IMG/VR virus record: IMGVR_UViG_3300018405_000011
Source of the DNA: a virus
Taxonomy: Duplodnaviria; Caudoviricetes
Strand: one strand, 5' to 3'
DNA: 64,000 nucleotides
A program made the position numbers and the translations under genes. The notes under the pieces are model-generated. The model was given only the letters and a program-made list of their open reading frames with translations. It did no database searches and was not told the DNA's origin. This document shows positions 47,071 through 56,246 of this stretch, piece after piece (the stretch's first letter is position 1; each line of letters begins with the position of its first letter).

Positions 47071-47814
47071 ATGATTCTAGTAAACAACCTACCAGCCGAC
47101 AGCGCACTATCCATCCCACACGTACCTGCTATGGTGGCTTTAGCGCCTATGCTCAAAGAGAAAGGCATCATCTTTCTACTAAAACTTAAGTTGGGCGATG
47201 AAGAGTTCATACTTGATGGCTTTGGCGATGACTGGGAAATGGCTTTAACTTCTCCAGAAAAGCTTTATGTACGCCTACGTATGGAAACTATGGATGAACT
47301 AGTTGCCAACTCTACCGGTGACATTTCTTTGTTAGGGACTAACATACATGAAAACTTCAGTCTCCTTGTACAAATCCGCGGTCATGTTGGTAAGTCAATG
47401 TCAGAGTATTATGAGCGTACATGCTCACAGGTGATAAGCGCCTTATTAGAAGGGTTTTATGAAATAGAAGGATTAGAGCGTGTCTCTAAAGCTGTTCATC
47501 GAACCCTCTCATATCACTGTATGGCAGCTAAAGGTTTTGATAAGGGCATACTTCCTACTGTAGCGAACGAAGTAGCAAAGAGTGTTATTGAGGATGCAAG
47601 CGAATTTAAGTTAGGTCTGGCACGAAACCTCCATGGTTTCTGTCAATTTGCATTAACTAAGCGCACCATGCATACTAAAATTGTCAATACTCTCTTTCCG
47701 TGGGTAGATGGCGTATACACCGACGCTTACATTAATCCAGGAAGTTATATCTTCCATGACATTGATATCGCAAGCCTTAAAGCACTGCCGTTTCAGTACG
47801 GAACGGTAAACTGA
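47071..47814 (+). CDS. Hypothetical protein
   Basis: AAGGA RBS. Confidence 0.75.
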   Translation: MILVNNLPADSALSIPHVPAMVALAPMLKEKGIIFLLKLKLGDEEFILDGFGDDWEMALTSPEKLYVRLRMETMDELVANSTGDISLLGTNIHENFSLLVQIRGHVGKSMSEYYERTCSQVISALLEGFYEIEGLERVSKAVHRTLSYHCMAAKGFDKGILPTVANEVAKSVIEDASEFKLGLARNLHGFCQFALTKRTMHTKIVNTLFPWVDGVYTDAYINPGSYIFHDIDIASLKALPFQYGTVN

Positions 47815-47825
47815 AGGTAACACTG

Positions 47826-47860
47826 CTATACTCCCTGGACTCAATGTCCAGGGAGTATAG
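47826..47860. terminator. Bidirectional terminator
   Basis: 15-bp perfect stem between convergent genes. Confidence 0.85.
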
Positions 47861-47871
47861 ATAGCTAAGGT

Positions 47872-48483
47872 TTATTCTTTGTTAGTCGTACCTTCTAGGT
47901 CATCTACCGAGGGGAGTGTTGTTCCGCCGGTTTCTAGATTACTGACGTTCATTTCGATGACTTTGTCTTTACCATAAAGTACGGCATAGGCCAGGGACTG
48001 AGAAACTCCAGTAATGCCAGAAACGAATTCGTCTCCCATAAAGATACGGATGCCCCAACCTATATCCTCTAAGTCAACGACTTCACAGCGATAACCATCC
48101 AGAGGTAAGTAAGTGTCTCGGTCTACAAACTTAAAGAGCTTCTCTTCATGTTTGATAACATGGTCTTCTAGCACTGATGCATAATAAGCACTGATGATAT
48201 CCCAAGCTTTAAGTTGGTGCTCGTCACGTATGCGCAAACTTGAGTTTTTAACAAATACTCCAATACCCGCTATACTTAGGTGACGTAATTCTTCTGGGTC
48301 ACGGAAATGATCATCTAAGTACTCTACTGGTACCCCCCATCGCCCGTCTAAGGTTAACAATTCTTTTGCTGGAATGCGGTCAATAATGAACTCATCGTTG
48401 GCAATAGTAAAGTTAATGCCGTATAAGGCAAGGACGTTAAACTCATTAGGGGCTTCTTTGTTGATGGTTGTTAAACGTTTCAC
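47872..48483 (-). CDS. Hypothetical protein
   Basis: AAGGA RBS, GTG start. Confidence 0.7.
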   Translation of the reverse strand: MKRLTTINKEAPNEFNVLALYGINFTIANDEFIIDRIPAKELLTLDGRWGVPVEYLDDHFRDPEELRHLSIAGIGVFVKNSSLRIRDEHQLKAWDIISAYYASVLEDHVIKHEEKLFKFVDRDTYLPLDGYRCEVVDLEDIGWGIRIFMGDEFVSGITGVSQSLAYAVLYGKDKVIEMNVSNLETGGTTLPSVDDLEGTTNKE

Positions 48484-48512
48484 TTTGGTAATCCTTATCG
48501 TTCTTTAATGTT

Positions 48513-48543
48513 GTTAATATATTTCATAATGAAATATATTAAC
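48513..48543. promoter_or_regulatory. AT-rich inverted repeat between divergent genes
   Basis: GTTAATATATTTCA-TAA-TGAAATATATTAAC. Confidence 0.5.
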
Positions 48544-48640
48544 CCTTACCCTAATACTAACGTATTAGTCGGTTATTCCTCTACCTATATGACACGAGTC
48601 TGTTTTTAATTACACCCCCTAAAATCAAAGGAGATTAATC

Positions 48641-49258
48641 ATGTTACCTAAAGCCTTATCTTACGAGATGTTAGAACTGTTTCTCGATTATCGTAATCTC
48701 AGTATATTTCAGTCTAAAGGACTGATTCCCGTTACTCCTAGTAACCTAGGAGATGTTAACGTACGATTAAGCCGTAATCGTTATATGGCAAAGCACCATG
48801 GTATTACATTAGACCTAGAGACCAATAGCTTTAAGACGTTGTTTGGTATTGAGATAGGATATGTTGACATCATGCATCAGTTCGTTATTACTAAAGATAA
48901 TGAGCATTACTATTTCGATGCAGAAACCGGTAAACTAATATCCTTTACTAAAGCAGGGACTATACATGTCGTTACTCGTCATAATAAGAGTCATACTTAC
49001 GTACGGTTTATGGGTACCTGTACTCACAGCTTTGATGCAAAGGGACGTCTTGTTACTATGACGGAAGATGCGCCCCGTACTATTGTCATTGACTACATTA
49101 ACGATAGCTTTGACATTAAAGAAGAACATCATACGACTACCGAAGGTATAGTGTCATATGCGTGGTCTGCCATTCGGCCATCGTCAGTAGTGGCATGGAA
49201 GAAAGATACCGATGGTACGGTAACGGCTGCTAACCTTTTGCTAGAAGGGAAGTTCTAA
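48641..49258 (+). CDS. Beta-hairpin (YD-like) repeat protein
   Basis: YFDAETGKL, FDAKGRLV. Confidence 0.65.
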   Translation: MLPKALSYEMLELFLDYRNLSIFQSKGLIPVTPSNLGDVNVRLSRNRYMAKHHGITLDLETNSFKTLFGIEIGYVDIMHQFVITKDNEHYYFDAETGKLISFTKAGTIHVVTRHNKSHTYVRFMGTCTHSFDAKGRLVTMTEDAPRTIVIDYINDSFDIKEEHHTTTEGIVSYAWSAIRPSSVVAWKKDTDGTVTAANLLLEGKF

Positions 49259-49308
49259 ATTCTATAGTACACTGACATTACACTCCATGTATTCAATAAG
49301 GAAAAAAC

Positions 49309-49749
49309 ATGAGCTTATATTGTAAACTGTTTACTGGAGCAACGTCCAGTAAAATCATAGCAGGGCCATTAGGCTACGATGAATCGGCTTTATGGGAAAC
49401 ACTAGAAGGCCCAGGGCCTTATGTGGTCTTCTATAAGCCAGGTAAAAGCATTACCATTAACTCGGTAGATTTTATTAAAGAACCTGTCGTCATCTACCCA
49501 GTGTTTGATTTGCCTGCAGATGCTAAAGACATTCCTAATCTACGTGCAGACGTAGAGACTATTCATTTAGCTCTAGTTCAAGACACAGGCGGTTCAAACT
49601 ATATCTACTCGGCTACGCATTTTGAAGAGCGTTTAAAATCGTATGGCGGTGCTTTAGCGGCGCATAAGTTAGACCGCGTTAAACATCTGCTGGATTATGT
49701 GAAAAACCAAGAGTATTGGCCAGAGCCTGCTCCAGCTCCAGAAGTGTAA
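49309..49749 (+). CDS. Hypothetical protein
   Basis: AAGGA RBS; preceded by AAATTCTATAGTA. Confidence 0.75.
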   Translation: MSLYCKLFTGATSSKIIAGPLGYDESALWETLEGPGPYVVFYKPGKSITINSVDFIKEPVVIYPVFDLPADAKDIPNLRADVETIHLALVQDTGGSNYIYSATHFEERLKSYGGALAAHKLDRVKHLLDYVKNQEYWPEPAPAPEV

Positions 49750-49755
49750 TACCAT

Positions 49756-49792
49756 CCCTCGTTAGGCTAAGTGGTCTAACGAGGGCATTTTT
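49756..49792 (+). terminator. Intrinsic terminator
   Basis: CCCTCGTTAGGC/GTCTAACGAGGG then CATTTTT. Confidence 0.8.
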
Positions 49793-49839
49793 AACACCCT
49801 TGTAAAATACATTAGCTAGACTAAAAAGGATACCTCCCC

Positions 49840-50928
49840 ATGTTGATGACACCTTATACCGATGACCTGCTTATCGGTCGAATTATTGCAATGCCTATTT
49901 TGGGTATTGAAACATATGAAGAATTAGAAAAAGAAGGCTTCTTTCCTTGTAGCCTAGGCGACCTAAAAGAGTTTAAAGGCGTCTACGTTGACCCCATCAT
50001 AGTGGCGCTGGAACGTACTTCATACTATGACGATGCCTGTGAAGACTTTGGGTATAACCTTCCTAACCTACATAACGAACTCATTGCGGATGGCGTTGCT
50101 AATGATGTTTTGAAAAACATCCCTTCTTCACTTTCCGTAGTATGGGAAGATGAATACGTACGCGTATCGGTAACCTACGGCGAAGTCTTCCGTGAATACT
50201 ACTTTACTGAAGAGGGTCAGCTACTGAAATGCATCTATACACCTGGCTCTGTGAATCCTGTTACCACTGTTCGTGAGTTCCAGTATGATGAAGACAATGA
50301 GTGTATTGGTTACATTACCTATGGTGATCATCTGCGCCATGTTGGTTATCGTCAGTTCCATCCACTCAGTCGTACGATATATTGCGAACAGCGCATCTAT
50401 AAAGAAGAGTGGTTACGTCATTTTGATTTTGGCAATAACCATATTAGCCATCGCGCGGTAGAAGAGACCTTTCGCTGGGAAGACTATCGTAATCGCGAAA
50501 CCTTCCGTTGTTCAGATGGTCCCTCTAAAGGGGAGTTCTTAATTACTCACCATAGAGCGATGCTCCAAGAACGCGAGCAATACGGACACGTCTATAATAG
50601 CTACGTGTTCCAGAACGGCGTACCATACTGTACCATGTCCCATCGCTACATTCCTAAAATGGGACAGGCGGTGACCTATGGAACAGGCCGTAAGTTAAAC
50701 TCAGTACCTAACTGTATTTACTTTACGTATAATGAAGATAAGAAACTGGTTAGTGTGTTATTCGGTGGCGGTCACCGTTTTACACTGGAGCGCATGCATG
50801 ACGATGAAGGTAGTCTACTAGGACTCGTTAAACGTCGTTGGAACGCCAACTCAGACAGCGCTATTACGGCAGAAAGAGAGGTGCTGATTGAATATATCGG
50901 AACTGAAAACCTCGAGGGATGGGTTTGA
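49840..50928 (+). CDS. YD-like repeat protein
   Basis: YYFTEEGQLL, FQYDEDNEC, TYNEDKKLV, HDDEGSLL. Confidence 0.7.
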   Translation: MLMTPYTDDLLIGRIIAMPILGIETYEELEKEGFFPCSLGDLKEFKGVYVDPIIVALERTSYYDDACEDFGYNLPNLHNELIADGVANDVLKNIPSSLSVVWEDEYVRVSVTYGEVFREYYFTEEGQLLKCIYTPGSVNPVTTVREFQYDEDNECIGYITYGDHLRHVGYRQFHPLSRTIYCEQRIYKEEWLRHFDFGNNHISHRAVEETFRWEDYRNRETFRCSDGPSKGEFLITHHRAMLQEREQYGHVYNSYVFQNGVPYCTMSHRYIPKMGQAVTYGTGRKLNSVPNCIYFTYNEDKKLVSVLFGGGHRFTLERMHDDEGSLLGLVKRRWNANSDSAITAEREVLIEYIGTENLEGWV

Positions 50929-51748
50929 TTTCATAAATATCTACAGTAAAGGGAAGACTGAGCTAGGGAGAGATTTAAGTAACTTTGCTCGTTTTCCTTT
51001 TACCCATCCTAAGTATGGGCAGTTTACTTCCATAGAGGGACTGTGGTACTGGCTAAGAACAGAGCTATTAAGCTATGGATGGACTGAAGAGCAAGAAACC
51101 GAAAGAGTGCATCTCAGGCTTGTCCATGGCCATGACGCAAAGCGATTAGGTAAAGCTTTACTGGCCAATGTGCCAGAGACTCAATGGGTTGATTTTCCAG
51201 AAGAGACGTTTTGTGAAGGGATTATCGATGGGATACGAATGAAACTCCGTAGTCACCATCGGTTACTTAAAGCGTTTGCTAATAGTACCTTACCATTAGT
51301 GCACTACTATACGTTTGGTAAAGAGGGAAATGAAGTTATCCGTGATGGCGGCCACGGGTGGCTCATAGAGGCGTTGGAAGGGGTACGTAAAGAACTGCAT
51401 TACGACTTCGCCGAAGCCTTTGTGTACCGCTTACAGGAGTCCTCAGATACCCCTAGAGAGAAATGGACGGTCTGGGTAGATAAGTCTGAGAATCGCTGGG
51501 TCAACACCAAACTGATGGCTGGAATGATTGGCCTGTGTAATCGCTATGCTGGAAAGCCTGCGACGGATAAAGCATGGGGCACGTTCAGGTCAACCATAAA
51601 GGCGATGGATGCCATGGATGAAAAACACATTGATTCATTTATCCTCTCACATTTCATCGCAAAGGATACCATTAAGCCTGTCCATGACTTTACGGTTCTT
51701 CAGCATAATGGCATTGCCGTAAAACCATTTGAATGTAGAGGAGACTAA
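50888..51748 (+). CDS. NADAR-like (T4 gp30.3-like) ADP-ribosylhydrolase with C-terminal extension
   Basis: LSNFARFPF, GQFTSIEGLWYW, HGHDAKRLG parallel gp30.3 LSNFAQWPF, QFGGLEG, SGLAAQQAG as recalled. Confidence 0.6.
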   Translation: MNISELKTSRDGFDFINIYSKGKTELGRDLSNFARFPFTHPKYGQFTSIEGLWYWLRTELLSYGWTEEQETERVHLRLVHGHDAKRLGKALLANVPETQWVDFPEETFCEGIIDGIRMKLRSHHRLLKAFANSTLPLVHYYTFGKEGNEVIRDGGHGWLIEALEGVRKELHYDFAEAFVYRLQESSDTPREKWTVWVDKSENRWVNTKLMAGMIGLCNRYAGKPATDKAWGTFRSTIKAMDAMDEKHIDSFILSHFIAKDTIKPVHDFTVLQHNGIAVKPFECRGD

Positions 51749-51770
51749 GGTAGTCTCCTCTATTTCTTTT
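51736..51770 (+). terminator. Intrinsic terminator
   Basis: TAGAGGAGACT/AGTCTCCTCTA then T-rich tail. Confidence 0.8.
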
Positions 51771-51817
51771 TAAACTTATATTTCAACTAGAGACAACAAA
51801 TAAATTTGGAGTTAATC

Positions 51818-52531
51818 ATGCAAGAAAATAAAACAACTTCGGCCGCACCGTGCTTAGAGTCAAAGGTAGAAATTACCTATGGGTATGAATGCGGCACTAT
51901 AGATTTACATACCATAAAGGCGACGGGACATCAGCGATTGGTTATTACATTGCCTGAGTCCTATACGGAAGACACGAGCATTCGTGAACTCATGTTTGGT
52001 GCGCTAGAGGTAAGTGAAACACTTTTGCAGGCAAAGGAGACGGTAGAAGAGACTCGTAACCGACATAAGGCATTAGCCTTAGCTAGTGAGAAAGCCCTCT
52101 CTCGAGAACGCGCAATAAAGTTCATTAAGTTAGGCCACCTTAATAAAAATCGCACTTTGCTAGTAGGTGGGCTACTAAAGCTCTTTGAAATAGACCATTG
52201 TTATTTCCGAGCTGTACCCGACATGGTCATGAAGAAACGTACCATCGACATGGCGAAGTGGCTAGAGAAACACATGGCCGTAGACGCCCGACATGTTATT
52301 AAAGCGGGTTGCTTTAACAGTGACATGAAGAATAAAAGTTTCTTTACAGGCGCAAGGGCACTGAAAGAACTCCCTATCTATCCTTTAATGGAGAATGGGT
52401 ACATTACTGGCATTGACTGGGAACACGAGGATTTTCAATCTTTTCTTCACCTAGGATGTCGTGGGGTGGACATTGAATGCTTAGAGTACACGTATCCAGA
52501 ATGGCGCATAGGTGAACATAAAGGAGACTGA
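51818..52531 (+). CDS. Hypothetical protein
   Basis: GGAG RBS, start moved to 51818. Confidence 0.7.
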   Translation: MQENKTTSAAPCLESKVEITYGYECGTIDLHTIKATGHQRLVITLPESYTEDTSIRELMFGALEVSETLLQAKETVEETRNRHKALALASEKALSRERAIKFIKLGHLNKNRTLLVGGLLKLFEIDHCYFRAVPDMVMKKRTIDMAKWLEKHMAVDARHVIKAGCFNSDMKNKSFFTGARALKELPIYPLMENGYITGIDWEHEDFQSFLHLGCRGVDIECLEYTYPEWRIGEHKGD

Positions 52532-52922
52532 AGTGTATTATATCTTCTACGCTCCTGAACTAGTAGCGCTATTCCATCAAAATCCAGCGGATGAGTATGG
52601 GTTGGTCAATATGATACTGGATGCCTTGCAGGGCGTCGATTTTGATGGGTTAATGGGAAACTGGCAGTTCGGCCCAGACCATGAACTCGATGCCATAGGT
52701 AGACATTATGCCACCCTTATTAAGCGCCGAATTCCTGATACGCCCAAAGTCCTTTTCGAGAAATGGGATTGCGATGAAGCGGTTGAGTTATGGGGCGACG
52801 ATGGGGCGACGCTATACCTTCTGGATAACGCGTCTATCATGGTCGCTTATAATCCAGACCTTAAAGGGAGCATGTTAAAGGATTTAAACATTCCACATGA
52901 AATATACCCTAGAGGGGTATAG
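52512..52922 (+). CDS. Hypothetical protein
   Basis: Operon packing. Confidence 0.65.
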   Translation: MNIKETEVYYIFYAPELVALFHQNPADEYGLVNMILDALQGVDFDGLMGNWQFGPDHELDAIGRHYATLIKRRIPDTPKVLFEKWDCDEAVELWGDDGATLYLLDNASIMVAYNPDLKGSMLKDLNIPHEIYPRGV

Positions 52923-52924
52923 AC

Positions 52925-52958
52925 CTGTCTAGCATTCCCAAGTGGGAATGCTAGACAG
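52925..52958. terminator. Bidirectional terminator
   Basis: 16-bp perfect stem between convergent genes. Confidence 0.85.
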
Positions 52959-52966
52959 TAGTCATC

Positions 52967-53278
52967 TTATGCCATCCATGGATGGACGGAGAATCGGTCT
53001 GGGTCACGGGTAGATTGCGGATTAGCTTTTGTGAAATCGGCGCTAAAGTCGTAGTTCATTACACTATGAACATTGATGTTAAGGGTGATAGGTTTATTCG
53101 TTGTTACGTAGTAGACATCAAATGAGACCTCATCGCCTTGCTTTACTTTAACAACGCGCTTAATGGGGAACTGATGTTTAGAATCGAGATGGATATGGGC
53201 AGCACCTAATGGAAGAATGTGCTGAGCAATTTTTTCGACTTTAGCCATTCTGGCTGCTATCGAAGTTTCTTTTAACAT
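52967..53278 (-). CDS. Hypothetical protein
   Basis: AAGGA RBS. Confidence 0.7.
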   Translation of the reverse strand: MLKETSIAARMAKVEKIAQHILPLGAAHIHLDSKHQFPIKRVVKVKQGDEVSFDVYYVTTNKPITLNINVHSVMNYDFSADFTKANPQSTRDPDRFSVHPWMA

Positions 53279-53402
53279 GGGTTGTCCTTAAATGAATACG
53301 TAGTTGTTTTACACGGGCTTTTACCCTACGGACTCTTAGGTCTATAGGTTGACCATTCAGGTACATTGCTTTTGCAATATTAATCACCTTTTGACATAAC
53401 AT
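53241..53402 (-). CDS. Small basic protein (53 aa), not in ORF track
   Basis: AGGAGG RBS; MLCQKVINIAKAMYLNGQPIDLRVRRVKARVKQLRIHLRTTHVKRNFDSSQNG. Confidence 0.5.
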   Translation of the reverse strand: MLCQKVINIAKAMYLNGQPIDLRVRRVKARVKQLRIHLRTTHVKRNFDSSQNG

Positions 53403-53477
53403 AGGGAATTACCTCCTAACGGATTGTAATCCATAAGTTAGTTTTTAATCAACCACTTATAATAGGGATACTGGAAT

Positions 53478-54182
53478 ATGTTAAACCATACAGCCAATCT
53501 TAAAGCCATTAGTGAAATCTGTCACATTGCAGGCACGATGCCTAATACCTCACTCTGTGACTTTAAAATGCAGCTAGCCGTACTGGCAGAGGAAGGCAGA
53601 GAGATTTTATTGTCTATACTAGATGATAACTACCACGGAGACGACGGGCTTGTAGATGCCTTACCCGACACCCTCTTTGTACTCTACACACTAATGTTAG
53701 AGCGCGGGCTTACACCCTGTGACAATTTAGAGCTACGGGGCCATAGCGGTAGTCCAAAGGAACGCGACATATTTACCTTAGAGCTAGCGCGAGACATTCA
53801 TCGCGGCATTAAAAAGATAAGTCGTGATGGGGAGTTCTATCTGGCTAAACACACATGCACCAAACTGTTGAAAGACTTACTCTCTTTAGCGGGACATATC
53901 GAACATGACTTACAGGCTTGTTTAGATGTGGTTATTGAAGCCAACTTACGTAAGTTTGACACGAACAGTGAAGATGCTCAGTTAACTAAAGAAAAGTACG
54001 CATCACTCGGCATTGCTACTTATGTCCGTGCAACCCATCATGAAGGTAAAACTTACTATGTAGTCTGTGTGGATGGTGACCAAGTCAAAGTCGATAAGAC
54101 GTGGCCCAATCATAAATGGCTAAAAAGTCATCGCTGGGAAGCACCTGTCTACCATGAAGACTGTTTTGTCGTGGACATTTAG
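53478..54182 (+). CDS. MazG-like / PRA-PH-like NTP pyrophosphohydrolase
   Basis: LAEEGRE...DGLVDALPDTLFVLY...VVIEANLRKF. Confidence 0.65.
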   Translation: MLNHTANLKAISEICHIAGTMPNTSLCDFKMQLAVLAEEGREILLSILDDNYHGDDGLVDALPDTLFVLYTLMLERGLTPCDNLELRGHSGSPKERDIFTLELARDIHRGIKKISRDGEFYLAKHTCTKLLKDLLSLAGHIEHDLQACLDVVIEANLRKFDTNSEDAQLTKEKYASLGIATYVRATHHEGKTYYVVCVDGDQVKVDKTWPNHKWLKSHRWEAPVYHEDCFVVDI

Positions 54183-54758
54183 AAAGATGGTCGGCGTACT
54201 GATGCATAACGAACGGGCGCTCATACAGCGCATGGGCGCATATTGTCATAACACCTATAGTCTGGATGCGGTAGATTACGAAATCAAAGCTAAAGCCTTT
54301 CTAGAGCGTTTAAAGACACTCTTTAAGTCCGATACCTTTCGTAATCACCCTAACCAACTCAACATTCCTAACTTTGGTTCCTTTCTGGTAAAGGAGCGCA
54401 CCATCACGATGAATCACGACGATACGACGGAGCAGATTAAACGTATGGTCTTTTCCTTTAAGTCCACCTCAGAATGGCGTCGCCGTGTCGCCCATGGCGA
54501 ACCACATCTAGTCGATGTCGTCAATCGTCGACTGGTTGAGCTGTATCCTGAATGGGATAAGTTAACGCTGGGGTTTGTCGTAGAAAGCTTCATCAATGTG
54601 TTAACAATGGGACTTATTAATAACGAAGGATACAAGATTATCAACCTAGGGAACTTCTTCCCACGTGAACGGAAAGTGTCCTGCACTTCTTAAAAACCAA
54701 TGCCGAGAGTACAAAACGCATCTTGTGTTTTAAACCTTCTCGCGTTAGACCATTATAA
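54154..54758 (+). CDS. Second tandem HU/IHF-like protein, frameshifted near the 3' end
   Basis: LNIPNFGSFLVKER...FSFKS; IINLGNFFPRERK; the -1 frame from about 54675 continues to KRILCFKPS, stop 54758. Confidence 0.6.
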
Positions 54759-54774
54759 TCGGAGTAAAATCAAT

Positions 54775-55395
54775 ATGCGTAGCATTAATGTTAAAGTAAA
54801 AGGACTAGAACCAGCCTCAATTAAAGTAGGGTACTTTAAGGTAATTAGGGACGATACGGCTACCCCTACCCTAATCAGTCACCATACCCTTAATAAAGTC
54901 TTGGGGTTAGCAGGATGGCCTGACTGTGCTGACGATAACTATACGGTTAATATAGCCGAACTTTTAAAGGAGCTACCCTGTATAGCCTACGCTCCTATTA
55001 TTGACGGACTTGAAGTTACTGTACTAATAGATGCCCCCCTTTGGCAAATACGTCGTTTGCCTAACTATACGGTTTACCGCTTTGATGCGCTAAATGCAAC
55101 TAAGTTAAATGTTAGCGTTGAAAACTGTACCTATGGGTTTACTATCCAGCCTGACCTAATGCTGGAGCCAGGCAAGTGGATTACACTAGACAAACGCACT
55201 CATGTCGTACTACGTGCGATAAAGTTTAGCACTATTGAAAAATATATGGATGGGCGGGCGCTATCGGCTGTGATAGATGTATTGCGGGCGCGGGGTGACA
55301 TTGTTACGTTAGACTCCCCGCTGCGCTTGGTAGTGACCCCAGCAAGTGAAATAATCGGGGATGAAGTACCAGCCACAGACATCATTCATCTGTAA
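54775..55395 (+). CDS. Hypothetical protein
   Basis: GGAG RBS, start moved to 54775. Confidence 0.7.
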   Translation: MRSINVKVKGLEPASIKVGYFKVIRDDTATPTLISHHTLNKVLGLAGWPDCADDNYTVNIAELLKELPCIAYAPIIDGLEVTVLIDAPLWQIRRLPNYTVYRFDALNATKLNVSVENCTYGFTIQPDLMLEPGKWITLDKRTHVVLRAIKFSTIEKYMDGRALSAVIDVLRARGDIVTLDSPLRLVVTPASEIIGDEVPATDIIHL

Positions 55396-55423
55396 GTCGA
55401 ATCTTATGACCCGTAGATAGCCC

Positions 55424-55450
55424 TAGGGGTAAGGATAGCCCTTACCCCTA
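55424..55450 (+). terminator. Hairpin/terminator
   Basis: TAGGGGTAAGG/CCTTACCCCTA. Confidence 0.65.
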
Positions 55451-55478
55451 ACTATCGACCTAGCGTAAGGATTCCAAC

Positions 55479-56147
55479 ATGAGTACTCCAAGCATTGGCT
55501 CTCCCGCATGGCGAGCCCAAGAACAAAAACAACACAGTAATCTAGACCCAGCGACCGGATGGCCAGACGAATTAGAAACTGTGCGTCTTTTGCAGAAAGC
55601 GGCGCAGGAAGCCGGACAGATTAAAGTCGATTGGTCTGGGGTAACCTTAACCAACTTTACTGCTTCGGTAAAACAATATTTTGACATTAACGCTGGCGTA
55701 CCAGCCCTAACGGCGTTAAACGTATTTCCGGCGAGCTCTATGGGTGAAGGGGTTGAAGCCATTTTCGATCCCGCACGTGCAGTGGATAACCCTGTAGGTC
55801 TTGTAGGTAAGTTAATTGAAAACGCATCCAACAAGCAAGCCCATGTGTGGCGTATTATTTTTACCTACAGTGGGAAATCCGTCAATGCCAATGTTGGCGT
55901 AGGGGTGAGTCTAGAAAACCCAACTTCTGGCTTTATTGTAAAAGATGCGGATACACTGCCTACAGGTGTCACATCCGGCACCTTCACTGCATTGTTAATT
56001 ACCATCGCCGATGAAAACTCCATCCCGTCACCGGGCGGATATATCTTAGGCTGTGAAGTAACCGACAGTGATGCGAGTCTATCGATTTCGGTTGATAGCA
56101 TTACACGAATTTCTAATGCCGCGTTTTTAGAATCGGTCATTGAGTAA
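55479..56147 (+). CDS. Hypothetical protein, possibly virion-associated
   Basis: AAGGA RBS; beta-rich C-terminal half; hairpins on both sides. Confidence 0.75.
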   Translation: MSTPSIGSPAWRAQEQKQHSNLDPATGWPDELETVRLLQKAAQEAGQIKVDWSGVTLTNFTASVKQYFDINAGVPALTALNVFPASSMGEGVEAIFDPARAVDNPVGLVGKLIENASNKQAHVWRIIFTYSGKSVNANVGVGVSLENPTSGFIVKDADTLPTGVTSGTFTALLITIADENSIPSPGGYILGCEVTDSDASLSISVDSITRISNAAFLESVIE

Positions 56148-56151
56148 ACAT

Positions 56152-56195
56152 AATAAGACTGTAGTGTTTCGGCACTACAGTCTTATTTTATTGCC
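56152..56195 (+). terminator. Intrinsic terminator
   Basis: 15-bp stem with TTCG loop. Confidence 0.85.
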
Positions 56196-56246
56196 TTTTA
56201 TAATTCTTTGTCTTATAAATATTAACCTTTTAAATGGAGAACCATA

